DNA of 64,000 bases, taken from contig CBDCNP010000002.1 in NCBI GenBank assembly GCA_965219415.1, positions 4,576,001 to 4,640,000 of the forward strand, read 5' to 3'. This document shows positions 54,014 through 64,000 of this stretch, piece by piece; the stretch's first letter is position 1; each line of letters opens with the position of its first letter. The notes under the pieces are model-generated. The model ran no database searches and was not told the origin of the DNA. It was given only the letters and a program-made list of their open reading frames with translations. This DNA comes from Candidatus Marinacidobacterales bacterium. GTDB lineage: Bacteria; Acidobacteriota; Vicinamibacteria; Marinacidobacterales; DATDRI01. The position numbers and the translations under genes are program-made.

Positions 54014-55298
54014 TGTGCATCGTCAAAACTGCTCCGCCCACGAAATCAAGGACTTACGCTCCGCTTGAATTCCGGGCCGAAGACGGCGAAACTCCGCCGC
54101 TATGCTCGACGTTGTTGTCTTCCTCGTCTCACTTGGCGTCCGTGTCATTCGGGCGATGTGTCGGCGCCGCGCCGACCTGGTGTTGGAGAACGTCGCTTTG
54201 CGGCAGCAAGTGACGGCGCTGAAGAAAGAGCGCCCACGCCCACCGCTCGAAGACACGGAACGGGCTTTCTGGGTTGCTCTTCGAGGTTCGTGGCCCGTGT
54301 GGGCGAGCCGCCTGCTCATCGTCCACGCGGACACCGTGGCCCGTTGGCATCGCGACCGATTCCGACGGTACTGGGCAAAGATCTCGCAGCGCCGCTATCC
54401 CGGTCGGCCTCGGATTGATGCCGAGATTCGCCGCCTCGTCCGCACGATGGCGCAAGACGGCTGGGGGGCGCCACGCATCCATGCTGAGCTCACCAAGCTC
54501 GGTTTCATCATCTCCGAGATTACGGTGTCGCGATACCTGCCGCGGCATCCCGCGGAGCCCGACCAGCTGAAGCGATGGATGGCTTTCTTGCGCAACCATA
54601 AAGACGATATCGCCGCCATGGATCTGTTCACCGTGCCCACCGCTTCGCTCCGGCTGCTGTACGGTTTCTTCGTCATCGAGCACGGCCGTCGGCACATCGT
54701 TCACTTCAACGCCACGTTCCACCCGACGTCTGCTTGGGTTATTCAGCAACTGCGTGAGGCGTTTCCCTACGACACCGCTCCGAAATATCTCATCTTCGAT
54801 CGCGACTTCATCTTTAGCGCTGCGGTCATCGAGTTCATCAAGGCAACGGGCACAAAACCCACTCGCACTTCGTTTCGCAGCCCATGGCAAAACGGAACCG
54901 CGGAGCGGTGGGTCGGCAGCTGCCGTCGCGAGCTCCTTGAGCACGTCGTGGTTCTCGGCGCATGTCATCTCATCCGGCTCGTGCGGGCTTACATCAGCTA
55001 CTATCACGAGGACCGTTGCCACTTGGGGCTGAACAAGGACACACCGAGCTTGAGAGCGGTCACGCACCGACCGTCTCCTACGGCGAAAGTCGTCGCACTG
55101 CCGCGAGTCGGTGGATTGCACCATCGATACGAGTGGCGAGAGGCAGCCTGAGTCAGCTTGGTTGCTCGCGTTACTCGGCTGGTCGCCGAGAAGTTCGTCC
55201 TCAGCACCTTCCCTCGCGCGCTGACCACGCTCTCCAGCATGTGCTCAAGGGCAGTCCGGGCCTAGAGTCCAGTCCCGGATTAATAATGATGATGGACA
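54014..55298 (+). mobile_element. Intact IS481-like IS (349-aa transposase 54102-55151)
   Basis: TGT...ACA ends with imperfect IR; full DDE ORF; interrupts a secreted-protein ORF on the left and abuts the CRISPR array on the right. Confidence 0.92.
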
Positions 55299-56985
55299 AC
55301 GGTATTTCCCCGCGTACTCAAGAAGCTTTCCAGTTTCAATCCGCTCCCCCTGCCGAAGCAAGGGGAGATACGGTACGCTTCCCTACGGGCGCTTTCACCC
55401 TTACGATGTTTCAATCCGCTCCCCCTGCCGAAGCAAGGGGAGATATCTGCCATCTGCATCCCGCCGAGCACGAGATAACGTAGGCAAGTTTCAATCCGCT
55501 CCCCCTGCCGAAGCAAGGGGAGATATCCAGATCGTGGCGGCACAGACTCCCCGCTCGACGTTTCAATCCGCTCCCCCTGCCGAAGCAAGGGGAGATGTTC
55601 CAAGCGACGTGAATTGAGCGCGGTTCCCTTTGGTTTCAATCCGCTCCCCCTGCCGAAGCAAGGGGAGATATCTCAGATTCGCGTTCACAACCACCTGCGA
55701 CATCTCGGTTTCAATCCGCTCCCCCTGCCGAAGCAAGGGGAGATTAGCGTCCGTACGTGATGGTTGCTTCCGCATCAGAGTTTCAATCCGCTCCCCCTGC
55801 CGAAGTAAGGGGAGATACAACAGCATCACCGGAGAAGACGATCCCAATGTCCTGTTTCAATCCGCTCCCCCTGCCGAAGCAAGGGGAGATTACGGATCTG
55901 CTCGCGATTATCGCGGACCATATAGAGTTTCAATCCGCTCCCCCTGCCGAAGCAAGGGGAGATCTTGCCTAGTTCGACGTTGGCGCCGGCATGAGCCTTG
56001 TTTCAATCCGCTCCCCCTGCCGAAGCAAGGGGAGATGGTTTTGCCTGCGCTTGTAAGCCGCGCCACGGCCCGGTTTCAATCCGCTCCCCCTGCCGAAGCA
56101 AGGGGAGATCAAACTCCACCGCAAAGTACGCGATAACCCACTCTGTTTCAATCCGCTCCCCCTGCCGAAGCAAGGGGAGATAACTCGGCGGTCTACTCGT
56201 CTAGCCATCCGGCCGTTGTTTCAATCCGCTCCCCCTGCCGAAGCAAGGGGAGATGCGCCGGGGCTCAATCCTTACCAAAGATCAGGTCGAGTTTCAATCC
56301 GCTCCCCCTGCCGAAGCAAGGGGAGATGGTCGACGGCGTTTCTTACCCCGTCTACGCTACCTTGTTTCAATCCGCTCCCCCTGCCGAAGCAAGGGGAGAT
56401 ATCTCGTTTTTGAAGGTTCGCTCGATTTACAAATGTTTCAATCCGCTCCCCCTGCCGAAGCAAGGGGAGATACGCCAAAGCTCGACGAGCCCGGGCTAAT
56501 TCTAGAGGTTTCAATCCGCTCCCCCTGCCGAAGCAAGGGGAGATGGGCCGGTTAGGATCTCTCCGGAGTCGTTGTCGTAGGCGTTTCAATCCGCTCCCCC
56601 TGCCGAAGCAAGGGGAGATACGCCAAAGCTCGACGAGCCCGGGCTAATTCTAGAGGTTTCAATCCGCTCCCCCTGCCGAAGCAAGGGGAGATGGGCCGGT
56701 TAGGATCTCTCCGGAGTCGTTGTCGTAGGCGTTTCAATCCGCTCCCCCTGCCGAAGCAAGGGGAGATTTCGCAGCCTGAGCGGCTTGTCGCACGGCCTGC
56801 TTCCGTTTCAATCCGCTCCCCCTGCCGAAGCAAGGGGAGATTTATTTTCTTGGATTCGATAGAAGCGGAAGGTTCGAGTTTCAATCCGCTCCCCCTGCCG
56901 AAGCAAGGGGAGATCCTCGTCTGGACGGAGTTCACGCCCTCGATCGAAGTTTCAATCCGCTCCCCCTGCCGAAGCAAGGGGAGAT
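55299..56985 (-). CRISPR. CRISPR array, 23 repeats of 37 bp, trailer end cut by IS
   Basis: GTTTCAATCCGCTCCCCCTGCCGAAGCAAGGGGAGAT from 55333 to 56985; spacers ~34-43 bp; orientation inferred from cas2 and the leader. Confidence 0.98.
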
Positions 56986-57164
56986 GCCAGTTGCTATAAC
57001 CAGCAAGTTTTCAACAGGTTATACAGGCAGATGCGCGATTCGATCAAATAGATCATTAAGCTCTCTCTTGATCTTTCAAAGAACTTGGTAACCTATTGCT
57101 GTACAGATGTTTTCGAGCTGCGCGAAAGCACGGGAGAAACTCCGTGACCCTACCTTCGCGCAAG
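56986..57164 (-). promoter_or_regulatory. CRISPR leader
   Basis: AT-richer non-coding stretch between the cas2 stop and the first repeat. Confidence 0.75.
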
Positions 57165-57455
57165 CTACAATATTAGAGGTGTGCTTAGGTCCAACGGTTC
57201 CATGACCCCATGGTGTTCGGTCTCGTTTTTGGCATCTTCGTCCAGATAATAGATCCTGAGGGAATCCTGTTTGGGATCGATTTCCTTCAGCAGCCGATTC
57301 CTGAACACTGCCCATTCAGTTTTTCCAACCTGACATTCAAAAAGCGATTTTTGAACCCGAACACCGTAATCCTCACAGGCTCTCGCCACGCGGCGTAGCC
57401 GCTTTTGGCCCAGTTTATCGACCGTGGAGACATCATACGCGATCAAGATGAACAT
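57165..57455 (-). CDS. cas2: Cas2
   Basis: MFILIAYDVST...RLRRVARACEDYGVRVQKSLFEC...DSLRIYYL. Confidence 0.95.
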   Translation of the reverse strand: MFILIAYDVSTVDKLGQKRLRRVARACEDYGVRVQKSLFECQVGKTEWAVFRNRLLKEIDPKQDSLRIYYLDEDAKNETEHHGVMEPLDLSTPLIL

Positions 57456-58513
57456 TACTTTGGGATAAAAGGGATATAGTCGGGGATGTCGCCGCGGAGT
57501 TTTCGGGCCAATAGCTTGGATTGGACGCTGAACACTAGCCCTAAACGGATATTTTTCTTGAACAGTGCGTGCTTTACTTCCGTTTGCTTGCGCTTTTGCC
57601 AGGACTGGATGACCTCTCTCCTGCCCCGGTCGGTCAACTCCACGGCACCGCCCTCTCGTTGGCGAAAATGTTTGGACAAGATTTGGCGGCGGTTGACGAG
57701 AGTCAACGCTAGCCTCTCTGCTAAACACGGCCGAAATTCTTCCATCAGATCCAAGGCACAGGCGGGCCTTCCCGCGCGCGTCGCATGGAGCCACCCAACG
57801 TATGGATCCAGTCCAGCAGTCGTCAACGCGGCCAAACAATCGTGGCGAATCAAGGCGTAGATGAAGGAAAGCAAGCAGTTTATCCGGTCTCGGGGCGGCC
57901 ACCGCGTGCGGGTTACGAAACGGAAATCCTCTCGTTGTTGTTTGAGCATGTACTGGAACACCGAGAAGTAGATCTTGGCACCCATACCTTCGATTCCTCT
58001 GATCGGGTCAAGTGCTTCCCGGAGCCCACAACCTTGGGAAACGGGCAGGTCATCGCTGAGTTGGTGGATTAGTCGGGCGAGCCCCGCGGCCGCGCCCACC
58101 AGTTTCTCGCGATCCGAATCGTCGGCTTCCCGGCCAGACCGTAAGAGGTTAGAGCGCGCGTTTTGCAGTTTTCCGGCAACGAACTGCCGGGCAATGCGTG
58201 AAGCATCACCTGGACTGTCCGCCGTGGCATACTGAGCCCGGCGCAGCAAGTAGCGAGTGTCTCCACTTCCCAGGACCTGCGCCAACAAATAGCCGTTCTC
58301 CGTGTGATAATGCACCGCCACCTGATGCTTCCAGCACAAGGCCATTGCCGGAGGCGTAACCACGACTTGCCCGAATGTGCAGATGCTGTCCAGGTGGTGA
58401 ATCGGCACCTTCAAGCGGGTTTCCTTTTCGATCTCGATCCGGAGCGTCAAATGCTCCTTGAGCACTATGGTTCCCGGTGTTGTCAGGTAAAGGGTGTTTT
58501 GGATGACGGCCAT
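57455..58513 (-). CDS. cas1: Cas1 (type I-C-like)
   Basis: NTLYLTTPG...RGIEG...INCLLSFIY...GLDPYVGWLH...LALDLMEEFR-type motif. Confidence 0.95.
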   Translation of the reverse strand: MAVIQNTLYLTTPGTIVLKEHLTLRIEIEKETRLKVPIHHLDSICTFGQVVVTPPAMALCWKHQVAVHYHTENGYLLAQVLGSGDTRYLLRRAQYATADSPGDASRIARQFVAGKLQNARSNLLRSGREADDSDREKLVGAAAGLARLIHQLSDDLPVSQGCGLREALDPIRGIEGMGAKIYFSVFQYMLKQQREDFRFVTRTRWPPRDRINCLLSFIYALIRHDCLAALTTAGLDPYVGWLHATRAGRPACALDLMEEFRPCLAERLALTLVNRRQILSKHFRQREGGAVELTDRGRREVIQSWQKRKQTEVKHALFKKNIRLGLVFSVQSKLLARKLRGDIPDYIPFIPK

Positions 58514-58557
58514 GATGCGTCTTGTCGACTCGCACCGCACGCGGAGCTTGGCAATCG

Positions 58558-59178
58558 CTACTTGGAGGTATCGAACACGTCCCGATAGGCCAAGGCCAGC
58601 GTAGGCGGAGCGCTGGTGATCTCTGGCAAACAGTCTTCAAAAAGCGAACACTCTGAACATTGGGGTTTGTGCACAGCTTGTGGGACCGCTTCCTCTTCGA
58701 TCAGCCGGTGCAAGGCCCTGATGGCCTGCTCAGTGAGGTGGCGTAAATCACTGGTAAACAGAACCTCTCGGCGGCATTTGCTTTTGGCGTGGAAGATCGC
58801 GGCCCGCGGTATATTCATTCCAAACATTTCTTCGAGGCATAGGGCTTGCGCGCAAAGCTGGGCCTCGTCGTTCTCGAACTTGCGGCGTCTGCCCTTTTTA
58901 AACTCGACCGGTGCCAACGAACCGTTGGGATGGCGCTCGACGATATCGCATTTGCCGCTGAGCCCGAGTCGTTCTGACCAAATGGGCAAGGCGCGCAGCA
59001 GGGTCACTCCCCTGACAGTCTCGTAGCCGGAAACGTCGGTCAGCTCGTGGACGATATCGCCGAGCACGGTGTGCTCGTTAGATCTGCGCCACCCCTCAAT
59101 CGCCTTTAATGCCGCCCGTCTCTGGCAAAAAAGGTAGTCGTTGAGGAGAGAGAGTGGGATGGGATCGGGCGATTTCAT
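58558..59178 (-). CDS. cas4: Cas4
   Basis: YLFCQRR...GKCDIVE...VEFKKG...QLCAQALCLEE...CSECSLFEDC. Confidence 0.95.
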   Translation of the reverse strand: MKSPDPIPLSLLNDYLFCQRRAALKAIEGWRRSNEHTVLGDIVHELTDVSGYETVRGVTLLRALPIWSERLGLSGKCDIVERHPNGSLAPVEFKKGRRRKFENDEAQLCAQALCLEEMFGMNIPRAAIFHAKSKCRREVLFTSDLRHLTEQAIRALHRLIEEEAVPQAVHKPQCSECSLFEDCLPEITSAPPTLALAYRDVFDTSK

Positions 59179-59691
59179 AATATCGTCAAGTCTGTCTCAG
59201 AGTAAACGAAAGCACCGACGATGAATTCCGCACGCTGTTGAATCGACTCATCAAAGTAGAAAAATCCCACGCACTCTCCGGAGAAGGCTAACGGCTCGTG
59301 ACTGAGTTGCAGTGATCGTACCAATGATATCGAAGGATAACCACGACCTTCGTACCGAGTTGCGAACTCGTGCGGCGTCCTGTCCCCCAGCCTCTGTGAG
59401 GACGCCCCTAGTTGTACGCCGTCCTGTCCAAAAACACAAACGAACTCAAGACTGGCGCGCCAGGCCGTTTCGATCGTCATCACCCCGTGGCGAGCCCCAG
59501 ATCAGGGGCGTGTCGGAGGCGATGTCGGCGATTCGGGTTCTCCGCACGCGCAGCGAAAACACCGTCCAGCAACGGGATGCTACGCTCCCTGGGCGAAGAC
59601 CTGGATCCAGGTCCTGGGCAAAGATGGACATTAAGGAGGCCAGGGCCACACCTGGACCAGAACGTGCTAGGCCGGCTACGCGGCAGTAGCC

Positions 59692-60974
59692 TGTCCATCA
59701 TCATCATTATTAATCCGGGACTGGAGGCCCGGACCGCCCTCGAGCACATGCTGGAGAGCGTGGTCAGCGGGCGAGGGAAGCTGCTGAGGACGAACTTCTC
59801 GGCGACCAGCCGAGTAACGCGAGCGACCAAGCTGACTCAGGCTGCCTCTCGCCACTCGTATCGATGGTGCAGTCCACCGACTCGCGGCAGTGCGACTACT
59901 TTCGCCGTAGGAGACGGTCGGTGCGTGACCGTTCTCAAGCTCGGTGTGTCCTTGTTCAGTCCCAAGTGGCAACGGTCCTCATGATAGTAGCTGATGTAAG
60001 CTCGCACGAGCCGGATGAGATGACATGCACCGAGAACCACGACGTGCTCAAGGAGCTCGCGACGGCAGCTGCCGACCCACCGCTCCGCGGTTCCGTTTTG
60101 CCATGGGCTGCGAAACGAAGTGCGAACGGGTTTTGTGCCCGTTGCCTTGATGAACTCGATGACCGCAGCGTTAAAGATGAAGTCGCGATCGAAGATGAGA
60201 TATCTCGGAGCGGTGTCGTAGGGAAACGCCTCGCGTAGTTGCTGAATAACCCAAGCAGACGTCGGGTGGAACGTGGCGTTGAAGTGAACGATGTGCCGGC
60301 GACCGTGCTCGATGACGAAGAAGCCGTACAGCAGCCGGAGCGACGCGGTGGGCACGGTGAACAGATCCATGGCGGCGATATCGTCTTTATGGTTGCGCAA
60401 GAAAGCCATCCATCGTTTCAGCTGGTCGGGCTCCGCGGGACGCCGCGGCAGGTATCGCGACACCGTGATCTCGGAGATGATGAAACCGAGCTTGGTGAGC
60501 TCAGCATGGATGCGTGGCGCCCCCCAGCCGTCTTGCGCCATCGTGCGGACGAGGCGACGAATCTCGGCATCAATCCGAGGCCGACCGGGATGGCGGCGCT
60601 GCGAGATATTTGCCCAGTACCGTCGGAATCGGTCGCGATGCCAACGGGCTACGGTGTCCGCGTGGACGATGAGCAGGCGGCTCGCCCACACGGGCCACGA
60701 ACCTCGAAGGGCAACCCAGAAAGCCCGTTCCGTGTCTTCGAGCGGTGGGCGTGGGCGCTCTTTCTTCAGCGCCGTCACTTGCTGCCGCAAAGCGACGTTC
60801 TCCAACACCAGGTCGGCGCGGCGCCGACACATCGCCCGAATGGCACGGACGCCAAGTGAGACGAGGAAGACAACAACGTTGAGCATAGCGGCGGAGTTTC
60901 GCCGGCTTCGGCCCGGAATTCAAGCGGAGCGTAAGTCCTTGATTTCGTGGGCGGAGCAGTTTTGACGATGCACA
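59692..60974 (-). mobile_element. Intact IS481-like IS (349-aa transposase 59837-60886), inverted relative to the 54014 copy
   Basis: Same ends and near-identical ORF. Confidence 0.92.
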
Positions 60975-61559
60975 GCCGCAGAAAGGGCCGCAACAGGACG
61001 ATACCCGCATCGGCCATTTCTGAGATCGGCTCCCCGTCTGCGGTAGCCCGACCTCGATTCTGGGCCTCTCGGGCGGCCTCTTTTCCGCCGCCGCACGGCC
61101 CGGTCAGCGGCCCGCTCCCCCCTTTGGCGCGAACGTGGCACTCGAAAATCGAGATTAGAGACGAAAACCGAAAATGAGGCCAGATCAGCCCTTCTAGCGC
61201 GTCTCTGGTGACACCTGATCCTGCAAAACCGCGCCAACGGCGCGGAAAATCTCACCCGTCTCTGCAGTGCCACAATTGGCCAGACTGGGTGGCGGATAGT
61301 GTAGTTTGGAGCTATCCGGTCTCGGCTGGCAACCGTGAAAAACAGGGAGTTTACAGAGAAGAATGGACACAAAATGACCCCCGAGCGCCAAAAAACCATC
61401 CGGGAGTGCGTTCTGGCTAAGGATGCCGGGGGTAGGTCGCAGACGTCGCAGGCGTCAATAAAGCCAAGTTCTACGCCTGTTTAGCGCGTGGGGAGCAGGC
61501 CAAGAGTGGCCTATATCGTCAATTTTATCAAGAGCGAAACCTATGGTAGAATTCCAAAA

Positions 61560-62759
61560 ATGGCTGGGCGGAAAACCAAACTCACCCCCGAGCGCCAAGA
61601 GAAGATCCTCAAGTGCGTTCGAGCAGGGATGACCTATAAGGCGGCAGCGGAGTCCGCTGGCATAGCCCTAGAGACGCTTTGTAGGTGGATCGCACGTGGG
61701 GAGAAGGCGGAGAGCGGCCTATTTCATGAATTTTACGAGTCCGTCCAGGAGGCCCTGGCACACTTCGAATGGGTTCACCTCGAGAACATCGAGCGGAGCG
61801 CCCTCGGGGAGAGCAAGATTATCCAGCAGACGGTGAAATACGAGGTCGGCGAAATCCTAAACGGCCAGTTGAAAGACGGGAAGGTCAAGTACGCTACGAC
61901 CGCGACGAAGTCTCGCCCACGGAACTGGAAGAGGTCGGCGTGGCTGCTCGCGCGGCGGTTGCCCGAGAGGTGGGCGCCACGAGCAAGAGGAGAGGCTCGC
62001 GATAGACAACCCACCGTCATTTGGCTCCTACCGGATAATGGACGTATGCGCCGAATGCCGGGGGTTAAGACTGTGCAATTGCCAGGAAAGAGGCCAAGAG
62101 CGGACAATTCCGTGAATTTTAAGATTCCCCCAAACATGGCTGGACGGAAAACTAAACTCACCCCCGAGCGCCAAGAGAAGATCCTCAGGTGCGTTCGAGC
62201 AGGGATGATCTATAAGAATGCAGCGCAGTCCGCTGGCATAACCCCAGAGACACTTTGCAGGTGGCTCGCACGTGGGAAGGTAGAGAGCGGCCTATTTCAT
62301 GAATTTTACGAGTCCGTCCGGAAGGCCCTGGTACACTTCGAATTGGTTCACCTCGAGAACATCGAGCGGAGCGCCCTCGGGGAGAGCAAGATTATCCAGC
62401 AGACGGTGAAATACAAGGGCGGCGAAATTCTAAACGGCCAGTTGAAAGACGGGAAGGTCAAGTACGCTACGATCGTGTCGAAGTTTACCCCGCCGAAGGC
62501 GGATGCTTCGATGTGGCTGCTCGCGCGGCGGTTCCCCGAGAGGTGGGGGGCACAAGCAAAAGGAGAAGCTCACGAAGGAAAGGCTCCCGATAGACAAGCC
62601 ACTGTCATACTCTACAAACTGGATAAAAGTGGACGTGTATGCGACTTGGTGCTCCCCTCCGATCCTCACTTTAGTAGCGAAATGCTGAAATCACCCGATT
62701 TTCTGCGGAGAGTTCAGAAGACGCTATTGGCGGCGGGGCATCCGCGTCCGACTGCATAG
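61560..62759 (+). CDS. Tandemly duplicated HTH protein resembling phage terminase small subunits
   Basis: Two ~190-aa units each starting MAGRKTKLTPERQEKIL and containing WLLARR.PERW. Confidence 0.65.
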   Translation: MAGRKTKLTPERQEKILKCVRAGMTYKAAAESAGIALETLCRWIARGEKAESGLFHEFYESVQEALAHFEWVHLENIERSALGESKIIQQTVKYEVGEILNGQLKDGKVKYATTATKSRPRNWKRSAWLLARRLPERWAPRARGEARDRQPTVIWLLPDNGRMRRMPGVKTVQLPGKRPRADNSVNFKIPPNMAGRKTKLTPERQEKILRCVRAGMIYKNAAQSAGITPETLCRWLARGKVESGLFHEFYESVRKALVHFELVHLENIERSALGESKIIQQTVKYKGGEILNGQLKDGKVKYATIVSKFTPPKADASMWLLARRFPERWGAQAKGEAHEGKAPDRQATVILYKLDKSGRVCDLVLPSDPHFSSEMLKSPDFLRRVQKTLLAAGHPRPTA

Positions 62760-62922
62760 AGTTCGTGTCCGCCCCGCCTATCGCGGAGCACCCGTGGCCG
62801 AATCACGGCGGAGGACAACGATGGAGCCTGACCAGAAGCCCGCTGCGCCGGACGGTTCCCCCGCTGATGCTCAGGGTGCCGATAATAATGATGATGAAGA
62901 ACACGCAACCGATGCACCGATG

Positions 62923-63047
62923 GGTGCTTCCGCAGTCAAGTGTTGGCGGCCGCCGCGTAACCTGTTCGCGTGCTAGAGTCTTAGCCTGATTTCGAGAGGC
63001 GCAGTTCTTTCGTCGATGCCGGCTGGGCCGAGTTTTGGCACAGGACG
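62923..63047. mobile_element. Hybrid mini-element: IS1-like end joined to a CGT-type end (copy at 17647-17770)
   Basis: gtgcttccgcagtcaagtgttgg...ggctgggccgagttttggcacaggacg nearly identical at both loci. Confidence 0.8.
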
Positions 63048-64000
63048 GGGTCGAGGTGCTCGATCCTCACGCTCCCGAACTTCGCATCGCCGCCCGGAGC
63101 CAACACATCCGCCGCCGCCGGAAACTGGAAAGCCGCCCGCATGGTGGCCCACTACTACGCCGGTACCGCCACCGAACCGGGGCTGTCAAGAAATACCTCT
63201 AGGCTTGACTTCGGGTGGCGCCCGCGATAGTCGTTGCTCTCCAGGAGGCGCTGTATGGAGAGGATACACAAGAGCATCACGACCGAGCGGGTCGACCGCG
63301 CCATAGAGCATGATAGGGGGGGAGTCATCATTCCAGCGTTTTGTCTCGTATGCGGCGCTGACCAAGAGTGCAGAGTGGGCCATGAGGAACACGGCGAGTG
63401 CAACGTCTGCGGCGCTCCCCAGGTGTACGCAGCCCACCGTCTCGCCTCCTCCGATTAGCAAATGGAGCTAGATCTGTAGAGGGGGGCTCCATTACGATTG
63501 CCGGTTGTCACGCGTCGCCTGACTGACCTAGCTTCTAGCGGCGGACAAAGCGTTCTTTCTCCAGCACATTATTGCGTCGGTGGCCCGACGGCTACAGAGT
63601 GCAGAACTTCCACCGAGGCGAAGACGAGTTTGCAGGACCTCAACTCCCATGTCTGTCCTGCTCGTCAATACGCGATCTTCTTTTTTACGGATCACAGAGG
63701 GCTGGAAACGGACTTACGGTGCGGCTAGTGAGGCACTCCCACAGGAAACGGGGAGAAACAGATAGGCCGCGCCTACGGAGCACCGCGCCAGCCCTCGACC
63801 CTGACGGTCTTTGTCAGCCCAGAGGTTGTTTCGAAACAGATGTTTAGGTTGAACTTCTCCTTTAGGATCTCCTCAAGCTCAGCCAAGAGTTTTTGCGGAT
63901 AAGCAGCCACTGGCATTACGACGTCCGTCTTGATCAAAATACTCTCGGCAGTTTCCTATCGGGTCGTTCATTAGGCGGCGGTTGCAGACACGCGCTGAAA

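Noticed and set aside
55299-56948. Self-targeting spacers against elements in this window
   Set aside because: No match noticed by eye; needs an alignment search, so not claimed.
55280-56999. Many short ORFs with repeated peptides (FQSAPPAEARGD etc.)
   Set aside because: Translations of CRISPR repeats.
54014-60974. CRISPR-associated transposon (CAST) or casposon
   Set aside because: No TnsB/TnsC/TniQ, effector or PolB genes; Cas1 is an ordinary I-C type next to cas2 and cas4.
59689-60977. 3-bp GCC direct repeat around the IS as a TSD
   Set aside because: Too short to be significant, and the two flanks do not rejoin into the repeat sequence seen at ~4770 without extra DNA.
10247-63047. Recurrent motifs as integron attC sites or dispersed CRISPR repeats
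   Set aside because: No GTTRRRY/RYYYAAC cores, no intI, mixed orientation and irregular spacing; they adjoin transposase remnants and pair as inverted termini.

Overview
A heavily shuffled accessory/defence region from a GC-rich bacterium. It is a mosaic of 0.2-4 kb cargo segments separated by more than 50 insertion-sequence termini, mini-elements and transposase fragments. Cargo includes defence genes: a PLD-SNF2 helicase next to a large methylase/RM-type gene, an MmeI-like RM fusion, a PARIS-like ATPase+DUF4435 pair, HEPN/AbiU2-like, tandem DUF5677-like, RES, Fic, TA remnants and a retron-type RT fragment. It also carries a type I-C cas4-cas1-cas2 module with a 23-repeat array bracketed by two inverted copies of one IS, and whole or truncated housekeeping genes (HU, RRM protein, Dps, penicillin acylase, htpG 3' part, MFS 5' part). 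Complete elements: IS256 (8-bp TSD), IS3 (4-bp TSD), two IS1-family copies, three IS481-like copies and an IS110/IS1111 element whose bridge/seek-RNA guides can be read directly against its insertion site. The most unusual signal is a set of related integrase-core (IS481-like) elements with apparently non-canonical 5'-CGT termini (about 35 ends, no intact transposase in this window), which delimit cargo sometimes within 10-15 bp of ORF boundaries. All family assignments come from motif recognition by eye; no database searches were run.
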